From: Candidatus Iainarchaeum sp.
GTDB taxonomy: Archaea; Iainarchaeota; Iainarchaeia; Iainarchaeales; GCA-2688035
Length of the DNA stretch: 64,000 nt
Direction of reading: 5' to 3'
Assembly: GCA_017610175.1 (NCBI GenBank)
Contig: JAFCCO010000006.1
Span: 10,064-74,063, forward strand
The translations under genes were made by a program, and so were the position numbers. Each line of letters begins with the position of its first letter. Within the stretch, counting starts at the first letter, position 1. Shown piece by piece: positions 9,404 through 18,910 of this stretch. The notes below the pieces were generated by a model. It searched no databases. It was not told the DNA's origin and was given only the letters and a program-made list of their open reading frames with translations.

Positions 9404-9958
9404 TTATAAAAGCGTTAAGACTATGGCTGTTGCAAGCGGAATGCTTATGCTGTCGTCCATTGGGAGGAGTTCTGCTGCCATTCCGGCAATTGCCGCCGCA
9501 ATTGCAATCCACAATTCAAAAAGCACTCCGAGAAAGAGTGCGGAAACTATTATTCCTCCAATTGTCCCTTCAAGGGTTTTTTTGCCTGCAATCCTGTGTT
9601 TTCCAAACTTTATCCCAAAAAGCGTTGATGCGGCATCACCGAAAACCGCAACAGTCAATGCACCTGCAACAATTGCCTGTTCGCGGAACAAAAGCATCAG
9701 AACAATTGCTCCCATAAAGAAAATAAGCGCTCCTTTTCCAGGAATTCCTGTTTCATGCCCCCTTTCAACCCGTTGTACGATTGGAATAAGCAAGGGCAGT
9801 TCAAAACCGCGTCCTATAAAATAACTTGAAATAACCCCTATCAAAAGCCCGAGCCCCAGTACTGTTAAAGTGTGCTGCGTTCCAACAAGCACAACAAGCG
9901 CAATAAAAATAGATCCGAAGAGAACGTGCAAAAACTGACGTCTAACTTCCTGTTTCAT
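9404..9958 (-). CDS. Dolichol/phytol kinase-like membrane protein (CTP-dependent polyprenol kinase family)
   Basis: EVRRQFLH, GDAASTLFG.KFGK, KKTLEG motifs. Confidence 0.8.
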   Translation of the reverse strand: MKQEVRRQFLHVLFGSIFIALVVLVGTQHTLTVLGLGLLIGVISSYFIGRGFELPLLIPIVQRVERGHETGIPGKGALIFFMGAIVLMLLFREQAIVAGALTVAVFGDAASTLFGIKFGKHRIAGKKTLEGTIGGIIVSALFLGVLFELWIAIAAAIAGMAAELLPMDDSISIPLATAIVLTLL

Positions 9959-10617
9959 TTTTTCTCACCAAATACCATTGCGTGGTCTTTTTCAAAAGGC
10001 CCGAGTGAAAGAACCTGCAGTATTTTGAATTCGTTCTCAAGAACCTTAATTTCTTTTCTGAAAACCTGTTCAGGGCTCTCTTTCTGTGAAATGCTTTTTG
10101 CCTTTAGTGCAATTAATCCCGGCTTTCCACTTTTAAGGAAAAGCTTTGCATTTTTGTTGAATATTTCCGCCTGGTTCTTTTGCGAAATATCCTGGAATAG
10201 CAGGTCAACGGCTTGCCCTTCAAGATGCTCAGCGTATTGCTCCGGCTGGTTTGCGTCCGCAAGAATTGGAACAAGGTTTTTTCGCTGTTCGCACAATTGG
10301 ATGAATTTTCTCATAACACGTTCGCTTATGTCAACCCCTAAAAGAAGGCCGTTTTTCCCAATAATGTCGCTCACATGGCTTGGGGTTGTTCCCTCACTGC
10401 TTCCAAGGTAAAGAACCTTGCTTCCATTTTGCAGCGGGACATGCTTAAGCCCGTTTTTGATTGCCGCACCAAGCTTGCTTCTCCACGGAACCCATTCCCT
10501 GAATTCTTTTTTGTTTACTAAAACAAGCCGTTCGCCGTAAACCTTTTTTCCAGGCACAAGGTTTTTTGTAAAAAGTTTGCCCTCGTTTTCAAAGATTCCT
10601 GAAAAAATCTCCTTCAC
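9955..10617 (-). CDS. flpA: Fibrillarin-like rRNA/tRNA 2'-O-methyltransferase
   Basis: VYGE, W.PWRSKLGAA, VLYLGSSEGTTPSHVSD, PILADA. Confidence 0.96.
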   Translation of the reverse strand: MKEIFSGIFENEGKLFTKNLVPGKKVYGERLVLVNKKEFREWVPWRSKLGAAIKNGLKHVPLQNGSKVLYLGSSEGTTPSHVSDIIGKNGLLLGVDISERVMRKFIQLCEQRKNLVPILADANQPEQYAEHLEGQAVDLLFQDISQKNQAEIFNKNAKLFLKSGKPGLIALKAKSISQKESPEQVFRKEIKVLENEFKILQVLSLGPFEKDHAMVFGEKK

Positions 10618-10639
10618 TCAAACCACACACCGGGTTTTT

Positions 10640-11923
10640 TTACTTGAGTTCTTCAAACCTTTGCTCAAGCCCTTTCAAAAGCCCTTCTGAAATGTCCTTC
10701 TCCCCAAAAAAATCCTCGCGTGCCGCAATTGCAAGCTTTCCTGCGAGGGCTCTTGCCATCTTTCCCTTGTTTTTTCTGGGGGTTTTTTGCACAAGCGGGT
10801 GCATAAAAATGAATCCGTGTTTTGGCGGCTTTACCTGCCTGTTTTTAAGGTGCCTGAACAAAGCTTTTTCCGCGCCAAACAATTGTATGGTGCTTGAGGG
10901 GAGGACGGCAAGCCTTTTCATTGAACCCGCTTCACCCAACAGCTTGGCTGCAAGAAGCGGTCCCGCAACCGCCGAGAAGTTCTTTGCAACCTCCAACATT
11001 TCGCTTTCAATAAAAGTAATCAGGAAAGCTCTTTCCTCCTTCAACTGCAGGCTGTTTAGTGCAAGCAGCTGAATTTCCTTTAACGCAGGCTCCTGAATGT
11101 CACTGCCCATGCTTTTGGCTGCGGCATTAACTATCTTCTCTGCTTTTTCAGGAAATTGCTCTGTAACGTTTTCATTGGTGAATTTTTCCCGGTTTCCAAC
11201 AAAATAAATAAGCTTAAGCATTTTCTCGTTGTCTCTTGCAATTCTTTCCAGTTCAGGAAAATGCATGCTGTACCATTCAATGCAGTGCTCTGCAAGAAGG
11301 TTAAAGCAGGAATCAAGTTCCCCGATCAGGGCGGCTGCGCGAATCGCATGTGCTTCCCTTCCCTCATATTTTGCCCTGACCTGGCTTCTTGCCTTTCCAA
11401 TAAGTTTTTTCCTAAGTTCATCAACGCGGTTTTCAGGCCCTTTTGGTTCATAGCTTTCTCTTTTTTTTGGTTCATAGCTTTCCGTTTTTTGCAGGGCGTA
11501 GCTTTCTGCTTTATCTACTTTATAGCTTTCTGTTTTTTTTGCTTTATGGCTTTCTGGCTTTTGCCTTGCTGGCTTTTCCGATTTTTTGCTTGTTCGCATT
11601 TCAGGTTTCTTAAATACATGTCCTTCAGGCCTTTTTGAAACAACCAGCGGCTTATCCCTTGGTCTTACTGAGTATTTTGATTTTGTTGAGCGTCCTGATC
11701 TTTTTGAGCGTCCTGAGCGGTCAGGCCTTTTTGAGCGCCCTGTTGAGCGTCCTGGTCTTGTTGAGCGGTCAGGCCTTTCTGAGCGGTCTGATCTTGAAGA
11801 ACGTTTTGACCCTGAACTTGGCTTAGAGAATCCTCTTGCAGTGTCCTTTTTCTTGCCCTTTCCATATTTTTGCGATGCGGATTTTCTGATTGACCCGAAT
11901 TTTCCGCCTGTTTTGCGTCTCAT
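10640..11923 (-). CDS. Nop5 (Nop56/58) C/D box protein with long low-complexity basic N-terminus
   Basis: EWYSMHFPEL, LPSSTIQLFGAEKALFRHL, PPKHG, GKMARALAGK; upstream of fibrillarin. Confidence 0.9.
   Translation of the reverse strand: MRRKTGGKFGSIRKSASQKYGKGKKKDTARGFSKPSSGSKRSSRSDRSERPDRSTRPGRSTGRSKRPDRSGRSKRSGRSTKSKYSVRPRDKPLVVSKRPEGHVFKKPEMRTSKKSEKPARQKPESHKAKKTESYKVDKAESYALQKTESYEPKKRESYEPKGPENRVDELRKKLIGKARSQVRAKYEGREAHAIRAAALIGELDSCFNLLAEHCIEWYSMHFPELERIARDNEKMLKLIYFVGNREKFTNENVTEQFPEKAEKIVNAAAKSMGSDIQEPALKEIQLLALNSLQLKEERAFLITFIESEMLEVAKNFSAVAGPLLAAKLLGEAGSMKRLAVLPSSTIQLFGAEKALFRHLKNRQVKPPKHGFIFMHPLVQKTPRKNKGKMARALAGKLAIAAREDFFGEKDISEGLLKGLEQRFEELK
11441..11560. repeat. Five degenerate 24-bp coding repeats (ESY-type 8-aa units) in nop5
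   Basis: (A/G)T(A/G)GCTTTC core at 11450, 11474, 11498, 11522, 11546. Confidence 0.8.
11680..11800. repeat. Degenerate 9-bp-period coding repeats (RS-x/RP-x tripeptides) in nop5
   Basis: Recurrent TGAGCG/TCCTG/TCAGGCC units encoding RSDRSERPDRSTRPGRSTGRSKRPDRSGRSK. Confidence 0.75.
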
Positions 11924-11990
11924 GCTAACTTATTTTTAGGGAACAATCATTTAAAAAGTCTATGAAATCTAAGTTTATTGAAGTGTTTTT

Positions 11991-13478
11991 ATGCCAAAAG
12001 AGGAAGTTAACAATCTTGCATTGAGGAGAGCGCTTTTCTTTCCAAGCGCGGAAATTTATGCAAACGCACCATCCGGGTTCTGGGAATTCGGGCCGATTGG
12101 GCATGCAATAAGGCGGCGCATAATTGAAGCCTGGAGAAAGGAGCTTGTTGAAAAAGAGGGCATGATTGAGATAAGCGGTGCCCAAATTTTGCCGGAGGAT
12201 GTGTTTAAGGCTTCGGGGCATCTTGAAAATTTCAACGACCCTATTGTGCAGTGCAAAAAATGCCATTCCCTTGCCAGGGCAGACAAGCTCATTGCCGATA
12301 AAATTGACGACATTGTTCCTGAGAGCCTTGCAACAAACGAGCTTGATGCAATGATAAAGGACCATCAAGTTTCATGCCCAAAATGCAAGGGCAAGGATTT
12401 TGACAAGGTCAAGAAATTTAACATGATGATGGGCCTTGCAATTGGTGCAACCGGTGACCAGCCGGCCTATTTGCGCCCTGAAACCTGCCAAAGTATTTTC
12501 CTTGACTTCAAGCGCCTTTACAAGAATTGGCGTGGGGATTTGCCGCTTGGAATTGCCCAGGCCGGAAAAAGCTTCAGGAACGAAATTGCCCCGAGAAATA
12601 CTTTGCTGCGGCAACGTGAATTTGGGCAGATGGAAATTGAGCTTTTCTTTGATCCTGAGCGCATTGATGAGGTTCCTGCATTTGATTCGGTTTCGGACTA
12701 CGAGCTTAACCTTATGCTTGTCAATTCAGGCAAGGTTCAGAAAATTTCATGCAAGGACGCCGCATCCAAAAAAATTGTTTCAGGAAAGTTCATTGCATAT
12801 TACATCGCGTGCGTACAGCAGTTTTACAACAAACTTGGGGTTCCGCTTGAAAAGATGCGTTTCCGCGGGCTTGACAAGGACGAGAAAGCATTTTATGCAA
12901 AGGAAACATGGGATTTTGAGATTGAAACAGATCTTGGTTGGATTGAGCTTATGGCCTGCAACTACCGAACAGATCACGATCTTAAAGGGCATGCTGAGCA
13001 GAGCAAGCAGGATTTAAGCGTTAATGAAAACGGAAGAAAGTTTATCCCCCACGTGTTTGAGCTTTCGGCAGGAATTGACAGGACACTTTACACACTTCTT
13101 GACCTTTCGTTCCGAAAGGAAAAGCGCGGCAAGGAAGAGCGAAATTACCTTAAGCTTCCCCCAAGGGTTGCTCCCTTCCTTTGTGCGGTATTCCCTCTTG
13201 TGAAGAAGGACGGCTTGCTTGAGAAAGCAAAAGAGATTTACAAAAGCCTTATTGACTACGGTTTTGATGTGTTCTTTGATGAGAAGGGTAGCATTGGAAA
13301 GAGATATGCCCGTGTTGACGAGGTTGGGATTCCGTTTGCAGTAACGGTTGATTACGACACCATGGAAGACGGGACTGTAACATTGCGGTCCAGGGATTCA
13401 ATGGAACAGAAGCGTGTTAAGGTTGAGGAATTATCTGGGTTGCTTTGGGATTTAAAGTCGGCCCAAAAGAGTTTTTAG
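11991..13478 (+). CDS. glyS: Glycine--tRNA ligase (archaeal/eukaryotic alpha2 type)
   Basis: ASGH..F.DP, YLRPETCQ, GKSFRNEI, REFGQMEIE, anticodon domain SIGKRYAR.DE. Confidence 0.96.
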   Translation: MPKEEVNNLALRRALFFPSAEIYANAPSGFWEFGPIGHAIRRRIIEAWRKELVEKEGMIEISGAQILPEDVFKASGHLENFNDPIVQCKKCHSLARADKLIADKIDDIVPESLATNELDAMIKDHQVSCPKCKGKDFDKVKKFNMMMGLAIGATGDQPAYLRPETCQSIFLDFKRLYKNWRGDLPLGIAQAGKSFRNEIAPRNTLLRQREFGQMEIELFFDPERIDEVPAFDSVSDYELNLMLVNSGKVQKISCKDAASKKIVSGKFIAYYIACVQQFYNKLGVPLEKMRFRGLDKDEKAFYAKETWDFEIETDLGWIELMACNYRTDHDLKGHAEQSKQDLSVNENGRKFIPHVFELSAGIDRTLYTLLDLSFRKEKRGKEERNYLKLPPRVAPFLCAVFPLVKKDGLLEKAKEIYKSLIDYGFDVFFDEKGSIGKRYARVDEVGIPFAVTVDYDTMEDGTVTLRSRDSMEQKRVKVEELSGLLWDLKSAQKSF

Positions 13479-14399
13479 CACAATTGCGGTGTTTGTTGCG
13501 TAAATTATTCTGAATGCGTTTGCACAGAACGCAACAGCCTCAGCCCTGTTTCCCTTAAAGCCGTTTTTCTTTGCATCTATTGCCCGCTTTATGAAATCCA
13601 TCTTCTGCCTTTTCAATAACCCAAATTTTAGCTCAAGGTAAAATCTCAGTCCATCCAGCAACTTATCGTCAAATTTTGTCGCCTCAACAAAGTGCCTTGC
13701 CTGCTTTTTTCGAGGGGTGGCTTTTCCATGCAGTGCGATGCTTGATGATTCAATTTCGTAGAACATTGCCTTTGTTGCATAGCCAACTGCCTTGTTTGGA
13801 AGCAGTGGCGAAAGAAGAATGGCTGCAAATGCAATGCTTTGCGGAACCCAAACGCTTTTCAGTTTCTCCCAAAGGGTAAACCTTGGATGGATTTCTTTCC
13901 TAATGTCTTGTCCAAAGAGAATCTTTCCCTCTTTTTTCATTTTGTACAGCAGGGTCAGTTGGCTTGCCACAAGAATTGCCCCAGGCATTAAATCAAGCCG
14001 TTTAATCATTCCCCTGTTCCAGTCAATGTCCTTTGGCCCAAACACTTCAAACGGCTTGTACAGCCTTGTCTGTTTCTCCACCGCTTTAAGCAGGTTTTCC
14101 AGGATGCTTTTTCCGACCCCTGTTGAGCACACTTTTTTTAGTTGTGTGCTATGCTTTGAGTCAAGTTTCCAAAACAGCTGTTCTGCAAAGGTTTCAACTT
14201 CAGCAATCTTTGAATTGTCTTTGACCTGAATTATCAGGTCAACGTCGCTTTTTCCAAGCACAAATTCCCCGCGTGCCGCGCTTCCAAAAAGCAAAATAAA
14301 GTCAATTTCTTTGCCGTGCTTTGCCGCCAACTTTTCGGAAAACTCTTTCAGGAAAGCGTCTGCTTTATCCTGCCCTTTGCTAATTATTTTTTTTGCCAT
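13452..14399 (-). CDS. Pol-beta-type nucleotidyltransferase domain protein with C-terminal helical domain
   Basis: LFGSAARG...SDVDL signature. Confidence 0.75.
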   Translation of the reverse strand: MAKKIISKGQDKADAFLKEFSEKLAAKHGKEIDFILLFGSAARGEFVLGKSDVDLIIQVKDNSKIAEVETFAEQLFWKLDSKHSTQLKKVCSTGVGKSILENLLKAVEKQTRLYKPFEVFGPKDIDWNRGMIKRLDLMPGAILVASQLTLLYKMKKEGKILFGQDIRKEIHPRFTLWEKLKSVWVPQSIAFAAILLSPLLPNKAVGYATKAMFYEIESSSIALHGKATPRKKQARHFVEATKFDDKLLDGLRFYLELKFGLLKRQKMDFIKRAIDAKKNGFKGNRAEAVAFCANAFRIIYATNTAIVLKTLLGRL

Positions 14400-14463
14400 T
14401 TCATGTTACTTAAGGAAATGGGGTTAAAAAGCGTTTGCCGAAACAATTCTTTAACAGTTAATT

Positions 14464-14535
14464 GCCCCGGTAGCTCAGTGGTAGAGCACCTGCCTCGTAA
14501 GCAGGGGGTCGAGGGTTCAACTCCCTCTCGGGGCT
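14464..14535 (+). tRNA. tRNA-Thr(CGT)
   Basis: GCCCCGG...CCTGC-CTCGTAA-GCAGG...GGTTCAACTC. Confidence 0.95.
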
Positions 14536-14549
14536 TTTTGGTGATTTTT

Positions 14550-15125
14550 TTGGTTTTGGACAGATTTGGTGAATTCAGAAGAAATGAAATCCTTTCAATG
14601 CTTGGCTCCTTTATTGGGAACGAGAAAACAGCCCTTGATGTTGGCTGTGGTTCAGGGGAGATTTCAGCTGCAATCTCAAAGGGGTTTGGTTTGCGGGTTA
14701 AGGGTATTGATTTGTGTGTTTCAAAGAATTCCCTGATTGATTTTACCCTTTTTGACGGGAAGACGATTCCCTTTGAATCAAATTCCTTTGATATTGTTTT
14801 CTTGTTCGATGTTTTGCATCATGTGAACGGAAAGCCTGCAAGAGACGGGCTTTTGTTCGAGTGCTTCAGGGTTGCGAGAAAATCGGTAATAATCAAGGAC
14901 CATTACTACTCAAACTTTTTCCAGAAGCAGTACCTTAAGCTTGTCGACTTTGCAACAAACTTTTTTCCGGCTGTTCCAACCCCGTTTGAGTTTATTAAGA
15001 AAAGCGAGTGGGCGGAATTTAACTTTTGCAAAATAGCTTATTGGAGGTCAATGGGCGTTCCAAATGTTTTGCTGAAAATTAAAAAAGAGGAGGGGGTTAA
15101 GCTTTTCCCCTGTCCTCAAAAATGA
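14550..15125 (+). CDS. Class I SAM-dependent methyltransferase
   Basis: [22 protein letters not shown]; TTG start at 14550 after GGTGA (the 14316 start would span the tRNA). Confidence 0.85.
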   Translation: MVLDRFGEFRRNEILSMLGSFIGNEKTALDVGCGSGEISAAISKGFGLRVKGIDLCVSKNSLIDFTLFDGKTIPFESNSFDIVFLFDVLHHVNGKPARDGLLFECFRVARKSVIIKDHYYSNFFQKQYLKLVDFATNFFPAVPTPFEFIKKSEWAEFNFCKIAYWRSMGVPNVLLKIKKEEGVKLFPCPQK

Positions 15126-15303
15126 AGAGTTCGTCTATTTTTGCATCCAGTGCCTTTGCGATTTCGTGCGCCAGCTTAAGTGACGGGTTGTACTTTCCCT
15201 TCTCGAGGAAGAGAATGGTTTCGCGCCGCACTCCTGTTTTCTTTGCAAGGTCTTCCTGTGTCAGGTTGTGCCTAGCACGAAACTCCTTTATTCTTGTTTT
15301 CAT
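15097..15303 (-). CDS. XRE-family HTH transcriptional regulator (68 aa)
   Basis: MKTRIKEFR...LTQEDLA...[18 protein letters not shown]; start ATG 15303. Confidence 0.93.
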   Translation of the reverse strand: MKTRIKEFRARHNLTQEDLAKKTGVRRETILFLEKGKYNPSLKLAHEIAKALDAKIDELFIFEDRGKA

Positions 15304-15626
15304 TTTCCCGCCTTCTGGTAGTAGAACAGGGAAAGCATGAATACCAGCAAACTTCCTCCGAATTGCATCACAAACACTGCTCCAAGCAGGGGAATCCCTT
15401 GTGTTATGTAAAGGTAGCCAAGTGAAACAGACCCAAATAACATCGCGCACACGAAAGCGTTCCTTGAGGCCCTGCCAATGTTTGCATCCAACATTTCGTC
15501 GCTTATTTTATACACTGAAAAAAAGGAAACGAATCCAAGAAAACCGAGGAATCCAATTTTTCCCTCAACGAAGAATAGTAGGCTCAATAGGGACAGAAAA
15601 CCAAGATACCAGAGAATGTTTTTCAC
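15300..15626 (-). CDS. Small membrane protein (DUF3796-like)
   Basis: YLGFL...[15 protein letters not shown] pattern; overlaps the XRE gene start. Confidence 0.75.
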   Translation of the reverse strand: MKNILWYLGFLSLLSLLFFVEGKIGFLGFLGFVSFFSVYKISDEMLDANIGRASRNAFVCAMLFGSVSLGYLYITQGIPLLGAVFVMQFGGSLLVFMLSLFYYQKAGK

Positions 15627-15727
15627 AGCATATCACCTATTCCGCGTTTCCCTTGCCTTTGAAGTGCAGAGCCGGGGCAAAGAACACAAAGCCCGGAACT
15701 CATTGCAATTGTTAGTTTGTCAGTCAT
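15623..15727 (-). pseudogene. Short ORF or eroded first gene of the XRE operon
   Basis: GGAGG precedes ATG 15727; 34-aa ORF ends overlapping GTG 15626; an alternative frame gives GFVFFAPALHFKGKGNAE*. Confidence 0.35.
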
Positions 15728-15743
15728 TTTTATAACCTCCGTT

Positions 15744-15803
15744 TGTTATATTTTCACAACATATTGTTATACATTTCTAACAATATGTTATATTTACATA
15801 ACA
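15744..15803. promoter_or_regulatory. Three tandem palindromic boxes TGTTA-N8-(T/C)AACA, 21-bp period; candidate XRE operators
   Basis: Boxes at 15744-15761, 15765-15782, 15786-15803 upstream of the XRE operon. Confidence 0.75.
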
Positions 15804-15848
15804 ACTTGTATTTAAGGCTTTCGGTTATTCTTTAAAAAATAGCTTGAT

Positions 15849-17420
15849 TTACTCTGGCTCAGGCTCTATCGATATCCAGTTTTCCATTTCGCCTGTTATA
15901 AAGTCCGGTTGCCCTGATGACCCGGCAAGTGGGTTGTCAAACTTGTATTTGAGTTTGCAGAGCATCGGTTTTTCGTTGTTGTGCTGTGAAATTGGGGCCG
16001 ATGCCTGCATTGTAATTTCCCTTGTTTCGCCGCCCTCTAAAACGTTGATATGCGTTCCAAGGAGCTGCAGCCAGTCCGTTGTGCATACCTGGTAATTGCT
16101 TACTGAAATATCCACCCCGCGTATTGCCAGTTCCCCATCGTTCTTTACTTTCAGAATCTCAGACACGTTTTCGTAGTATTCAAAACCTGGGCCGCTAAGC
16201 CATTCAATGCCTATATTGTCCTTTGCGGTTAATTCAAGCTTAACTTCCGCTTCCTTTTCAATAATTATGTTAAATGATTTTCTCATTGGCTGCGGCAGGA
16301 AACTTGCACTGAGAATGACTTCCCCGGTTATTGTTTCCTTTTTTGCTGTGAGGGGTATGTCAATTCTCACCTGCTTTTCAACCTTGTTTTCCAAATCCTC
16401 TTCCTCAATGCGGGGTATGTTTATTTTCCATGGCTCCGGCTCGTTTGCCTTTTCCTGGAACTTGAACCAGTTTATTACGCGTGAAGCCCCGCCGTTCGTT
16501 GGCGCGCTTTTGATTTCAATCAAAATCTCTAAGTCTTCAATGGGAAAATCGCTTTCGTTCTCAATTGTAACCAATGCATTAGTGATTACTTCCCCTGCAT
16601 CCACTTTCTTCCCTCTCTTTTCACCTAAGTTCTTTATGGAGAAATCTATCTCAGGGGCCGGCGAAACCGTAAACTCCTTTGTTTGCTTTTCAAGAGTATA
16701 CTTTACCCTTGCGCTTGCCTTGAATTCTTTTGCGCCATCCTTCTTTCCGCCCAAATCCAGATCCTTGGGGACCGTTACTTCCAGCGCCACTGTTTTTGTT
16801 CCGCCTGCAGAAATTCCGGGCACGCTTTTGTCGCTTACGCCCCATTCATCAAGCTCTCCCCCAAACACAATTTCCACATTTTGTGAAACATTGTCATTGT
16901 TCTTCACCTCAAACATTACAGTCCTATTCTGGCCGGCAATCCACTGCCCTGGGAAAACATCCTTAAAATCAACTATTTCAACGTCAATATCTTTTTCTAC
17001 GATAAACTCTACCGGGCCCGATTCGGATATTGTAAGATCTCCTTTTTTTGCTTTGTGGTCCGGAACCCGCAAATCAAATTGGTAGGTGCCTGCCTTTAGC
17101 TGCAGCGAATACGCATCCTCTGCTTGCCCTGCAAAAACCTCGGTTCCTGCATTGTCAAAGATTGTAATCCTGCTTTTTTCAACAGGGTCATTTTCTGCGT
17201 CAACAATTGTTATTGAAACGTTTCTCACGCTTCCAATAAAGAAGTCGTACAGGAAAAATCCAACAACCACAATAAGCAGAACCGCAATAAGGAGCTTGGC
17301 ATTTTTCTTAAGCAGGCCAATTACCGGCTTTACCTGCGCCGCAATGCCTTCGTCTTCAAACTCGATGTCATCGTCGCTGTAGGACGGGTTATCAAACTTG
17401 TCAAATCCTGAATCCATCAA
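15849..17420 (-). CDS. Membrane-anchored surface protein with beta-sandwich (Ig-like) domains
   Basis: Acidic N-terminus, single TM, repeated V.N.G/beta-strand patterns. Confidence 0.7.
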   Translation of the reverse strand: MMDSGFDKFDNPSYSDDDIEFEDEGIAAQVKPVIGLLKKNAKLLIAVLLIVVVGFFLYDFFIGSVRNVSITIVDAENDPVEKSRITIFDNAGTEVFAGQAEDAYSLQLKAGTYQFDLRVPDHKAKKGDLTISESGPVEFIVEKDIDVEIVDFKDVFPGQWIAGQNRTVMFEVKNNDNVSQNVEIVFGGELDEWGVSDKSVPGISAGGTKTVALEVTVPKDLDLGGKKDGAKEFKASARVKYTLEKQTKEFTVSPAPEIDFSIKNLGEKRGKKVDAGEVITNALVTIENESDFPIEDLEILIEIKSAPTNGGASRVINWFKFQEKANEPEPWKINIPRIEEEDLENKVEKQVRIDIPLTAKKETITGEVILSASFLPQPMRKSFNIIIEKEAEVKLELTAKDNIGIEWLSGPGFEYYENVSEILKVKNDGELAIRGVDISVSNYQVCTTDWLQLLGTHINVLEGGETREITMQASAPISQHNNEKPMLCKLKYKFDNPLAGSSGQPDFITGEMENWISIEPEPE

Positions 17421-17488
17421 ATCACTTTGCGTAAGTGTTTTAATTAAATAACTGATTTATATATATAAATCTTTGGGGGGGAACTCAA

Positions 17489-17899
17489 TTGTTGGAATTT
17501 TCCAAAAGAGAGCAAAAACAGTTTTTCATAATGGTTGCTGCAGCAATAATTCTTTCAGTTGCATTTATCGTGTTTATTTTGCTTCCAAAAACAGCCGGGT
17601 CGTACACCGAGTTTTACTTTGTTCAGCCAATGCCTGCAACCGCCGCAATTGATGAAACAGTTTCGTTTTCCTTTGTGGTCAGGAATATGGAGGGCGAACA
17701 GGCAAGCTATTCCTATGGCCTGTTTTTGGACGGTGAACTGGAAAGTGAGGGAAGCTTATTGCTTGAGAACAATCAATTAAGCGGGGTTGAAACAGAGGTT
17801 AAGTTTGCTGCATCTGGCCGGCACGAGATTGAGGTGCGGCTTAAAAAACCATTAGAGGCTGAATTAATCATATCCAAGTGGATTGAGGTGAATGAGTGA
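17489..17899 (+). CDS. Membrane-anchored Ig-like protein (DUF1616-like)
   Basis: TM then YTEFYF...V.N.EG...Y pattern. Confidence 0.6.
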   Translation: MLEFSKREQKQFFIMVAAAIILSVAFIVFILLPKTAGSYTEFYFVQPMPATAAIDETVSFSFVVRNMEGEQASYSYGLFLDGELESEGSLLLENNQLSGVETEVKFAASGRHEIEVRLKKPLEAELIISKWIEVNE

Positions 17900-18333
17900 A
17901 AATTGCGCTGTTGGGTGAATCGGAATCCGGAATAAATATTTTTCCAAAGCTTACCGAAAAGCTTGTCAAAAAAATAGTCGATGCAGAGGTAAGCGAGCAT
18001 TTTGTCCGCTCGCTTGAGGACATTCCCCTAAAAGCAAAGCAGCTTACAAAGTCCAACTCCCTTGTTTTTGTTTTTGCCCTTTACGGTGAAAAAACTGAGG
18101 CAGTGGACATGGTTATTGAAAAGCTTGTTTCCGTTGAGCTTGAAACAGGCAAGAAAATCATCAAGGCAATTGAGGCATCTGACGCACAGAATCTTGTGCT
18201 TGAGGACCAGTTTGCTGAGGAGAAGGAAGAGCTTGCTTCAAAGTGGAGCAAGGTAATTGTCAACGAGCTCTTTAGCCCGGCAAAGTTTGCGCCCAAGGAA
18301 GACATTGTTCCGAATGAGGACGGTTTTATTTGA
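17896..18333 (+). CDS. Divergent lumazine/archaeal riboflavin synthase-fold protein
   Basis: MKIALL, V.SLEDIPL.AK.L, L..VELETGKKII resemble the archaeal riboflavin synthase scaffold. Confidence 0.55.
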   Translation: MKIALLGESESGINIFPKLTEKLVKKIVDAEVSEHFVRSLEDIPLKAKQLTKSNSLVFVFALYGEKTEAVDMVIEKLVSVELETGKKIIKAIEASDAQNLVLEDQFAEEKEELASKWSKVIVNELFSPAKFAPKEDIVPNEDGFI

Positions 18334-18910
18334 ACCGGCCCGTTAGCTCCCCGTTTCTGAAATCCTTTAGCCAGATTAAAGGCATTCCAATAAGTGATTC
18401 CACCGCAAGTCTCACTATGTCACCCCAGTCAAGCTCGTTCTGTGTTTTTTTTGCTTGAAACTGCGATTTCACAATTTTTGTAAATTTTGGGTGCCCGCGC
18501 CTTGGCTTTTTGCAGGTACGCAGCACACAGCCCCCGATATCCTTTGCTATTCTAACATATCCCTTGTCAACTCCGTTTTGCGACTCAAGGATTTTAATCA
18601 CTTTCCTAAACGGGAGCCAGTCATAGTAGAATTTGACGTGAAAGCTTTCCTTGCCCGATTTGTAGATGTATGCGCTGCCAAGTTTCCAGTTCTTCTGCAT
18701 TTCCCTTGTTTCCTGCTCAACCTTTTTCAAAGTAGTCCAGTCAAAGTCCGCAAAAAGCGGGTGCAATCCATTTGCCCCCTTAATCGCCGTAAACAGCCCG
18801 CCTGTAAAAGCACGTTCGGTTTGCGGCCTGCACTGGTGTTCCCTTGCCCAGTAGAATTTAATTGGCAGAATGAAATCAGCCGTCAGATCTATTTTTGGAA
18901 GCTTTCCCAT
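18326..18910 (-). CDS. Hypothetical protein with AEP (primase-polymerase)-like motifs
   Basis: LFADFD, YKSGKESFHV, VD...VLRT; start 18910 or 18955. Confidence 0.5.
   Translation of the reverse strand: MGKLPKIDLTADFILPIKFYWAREHQCRPQTERAFTGGLFTAIKGANGLHPLFADFDWTTLKKVEQETREMQKNWKLGSAYIYKSGKESFHVKFYYDWLPFRKVIKILESQNGVDKGYVRIAKDIGGCVLRTCKKPRRGHPKFTKIVKSQFQAKKTQNELDWGDIVRLAVESLIGMPLIWLKDFRNGELTGRFK

Noticed and set aside
11441-11800. Repeats as a CRISPR array
   Set aside because: Degenerate in-frame coding repeats without unique spacers; no cas genes.
14316-14549. Long N-terminal extension of the methyltransferase
   Set aside because: Overlaps tRNA-Thr and the opposite-strand gene; a better TTG start with RBS lies at 14550.
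14464-15840. Integrated element at tRNA-Thr
   Set aside because: No integrase and no duplicated tRNA 3' end found.
16207-17085. 292-aa plus-strand ORF
   Set aside because: Antisense shadow of the 523-aa surface protein; Ser/Phe-rich with no motifs.
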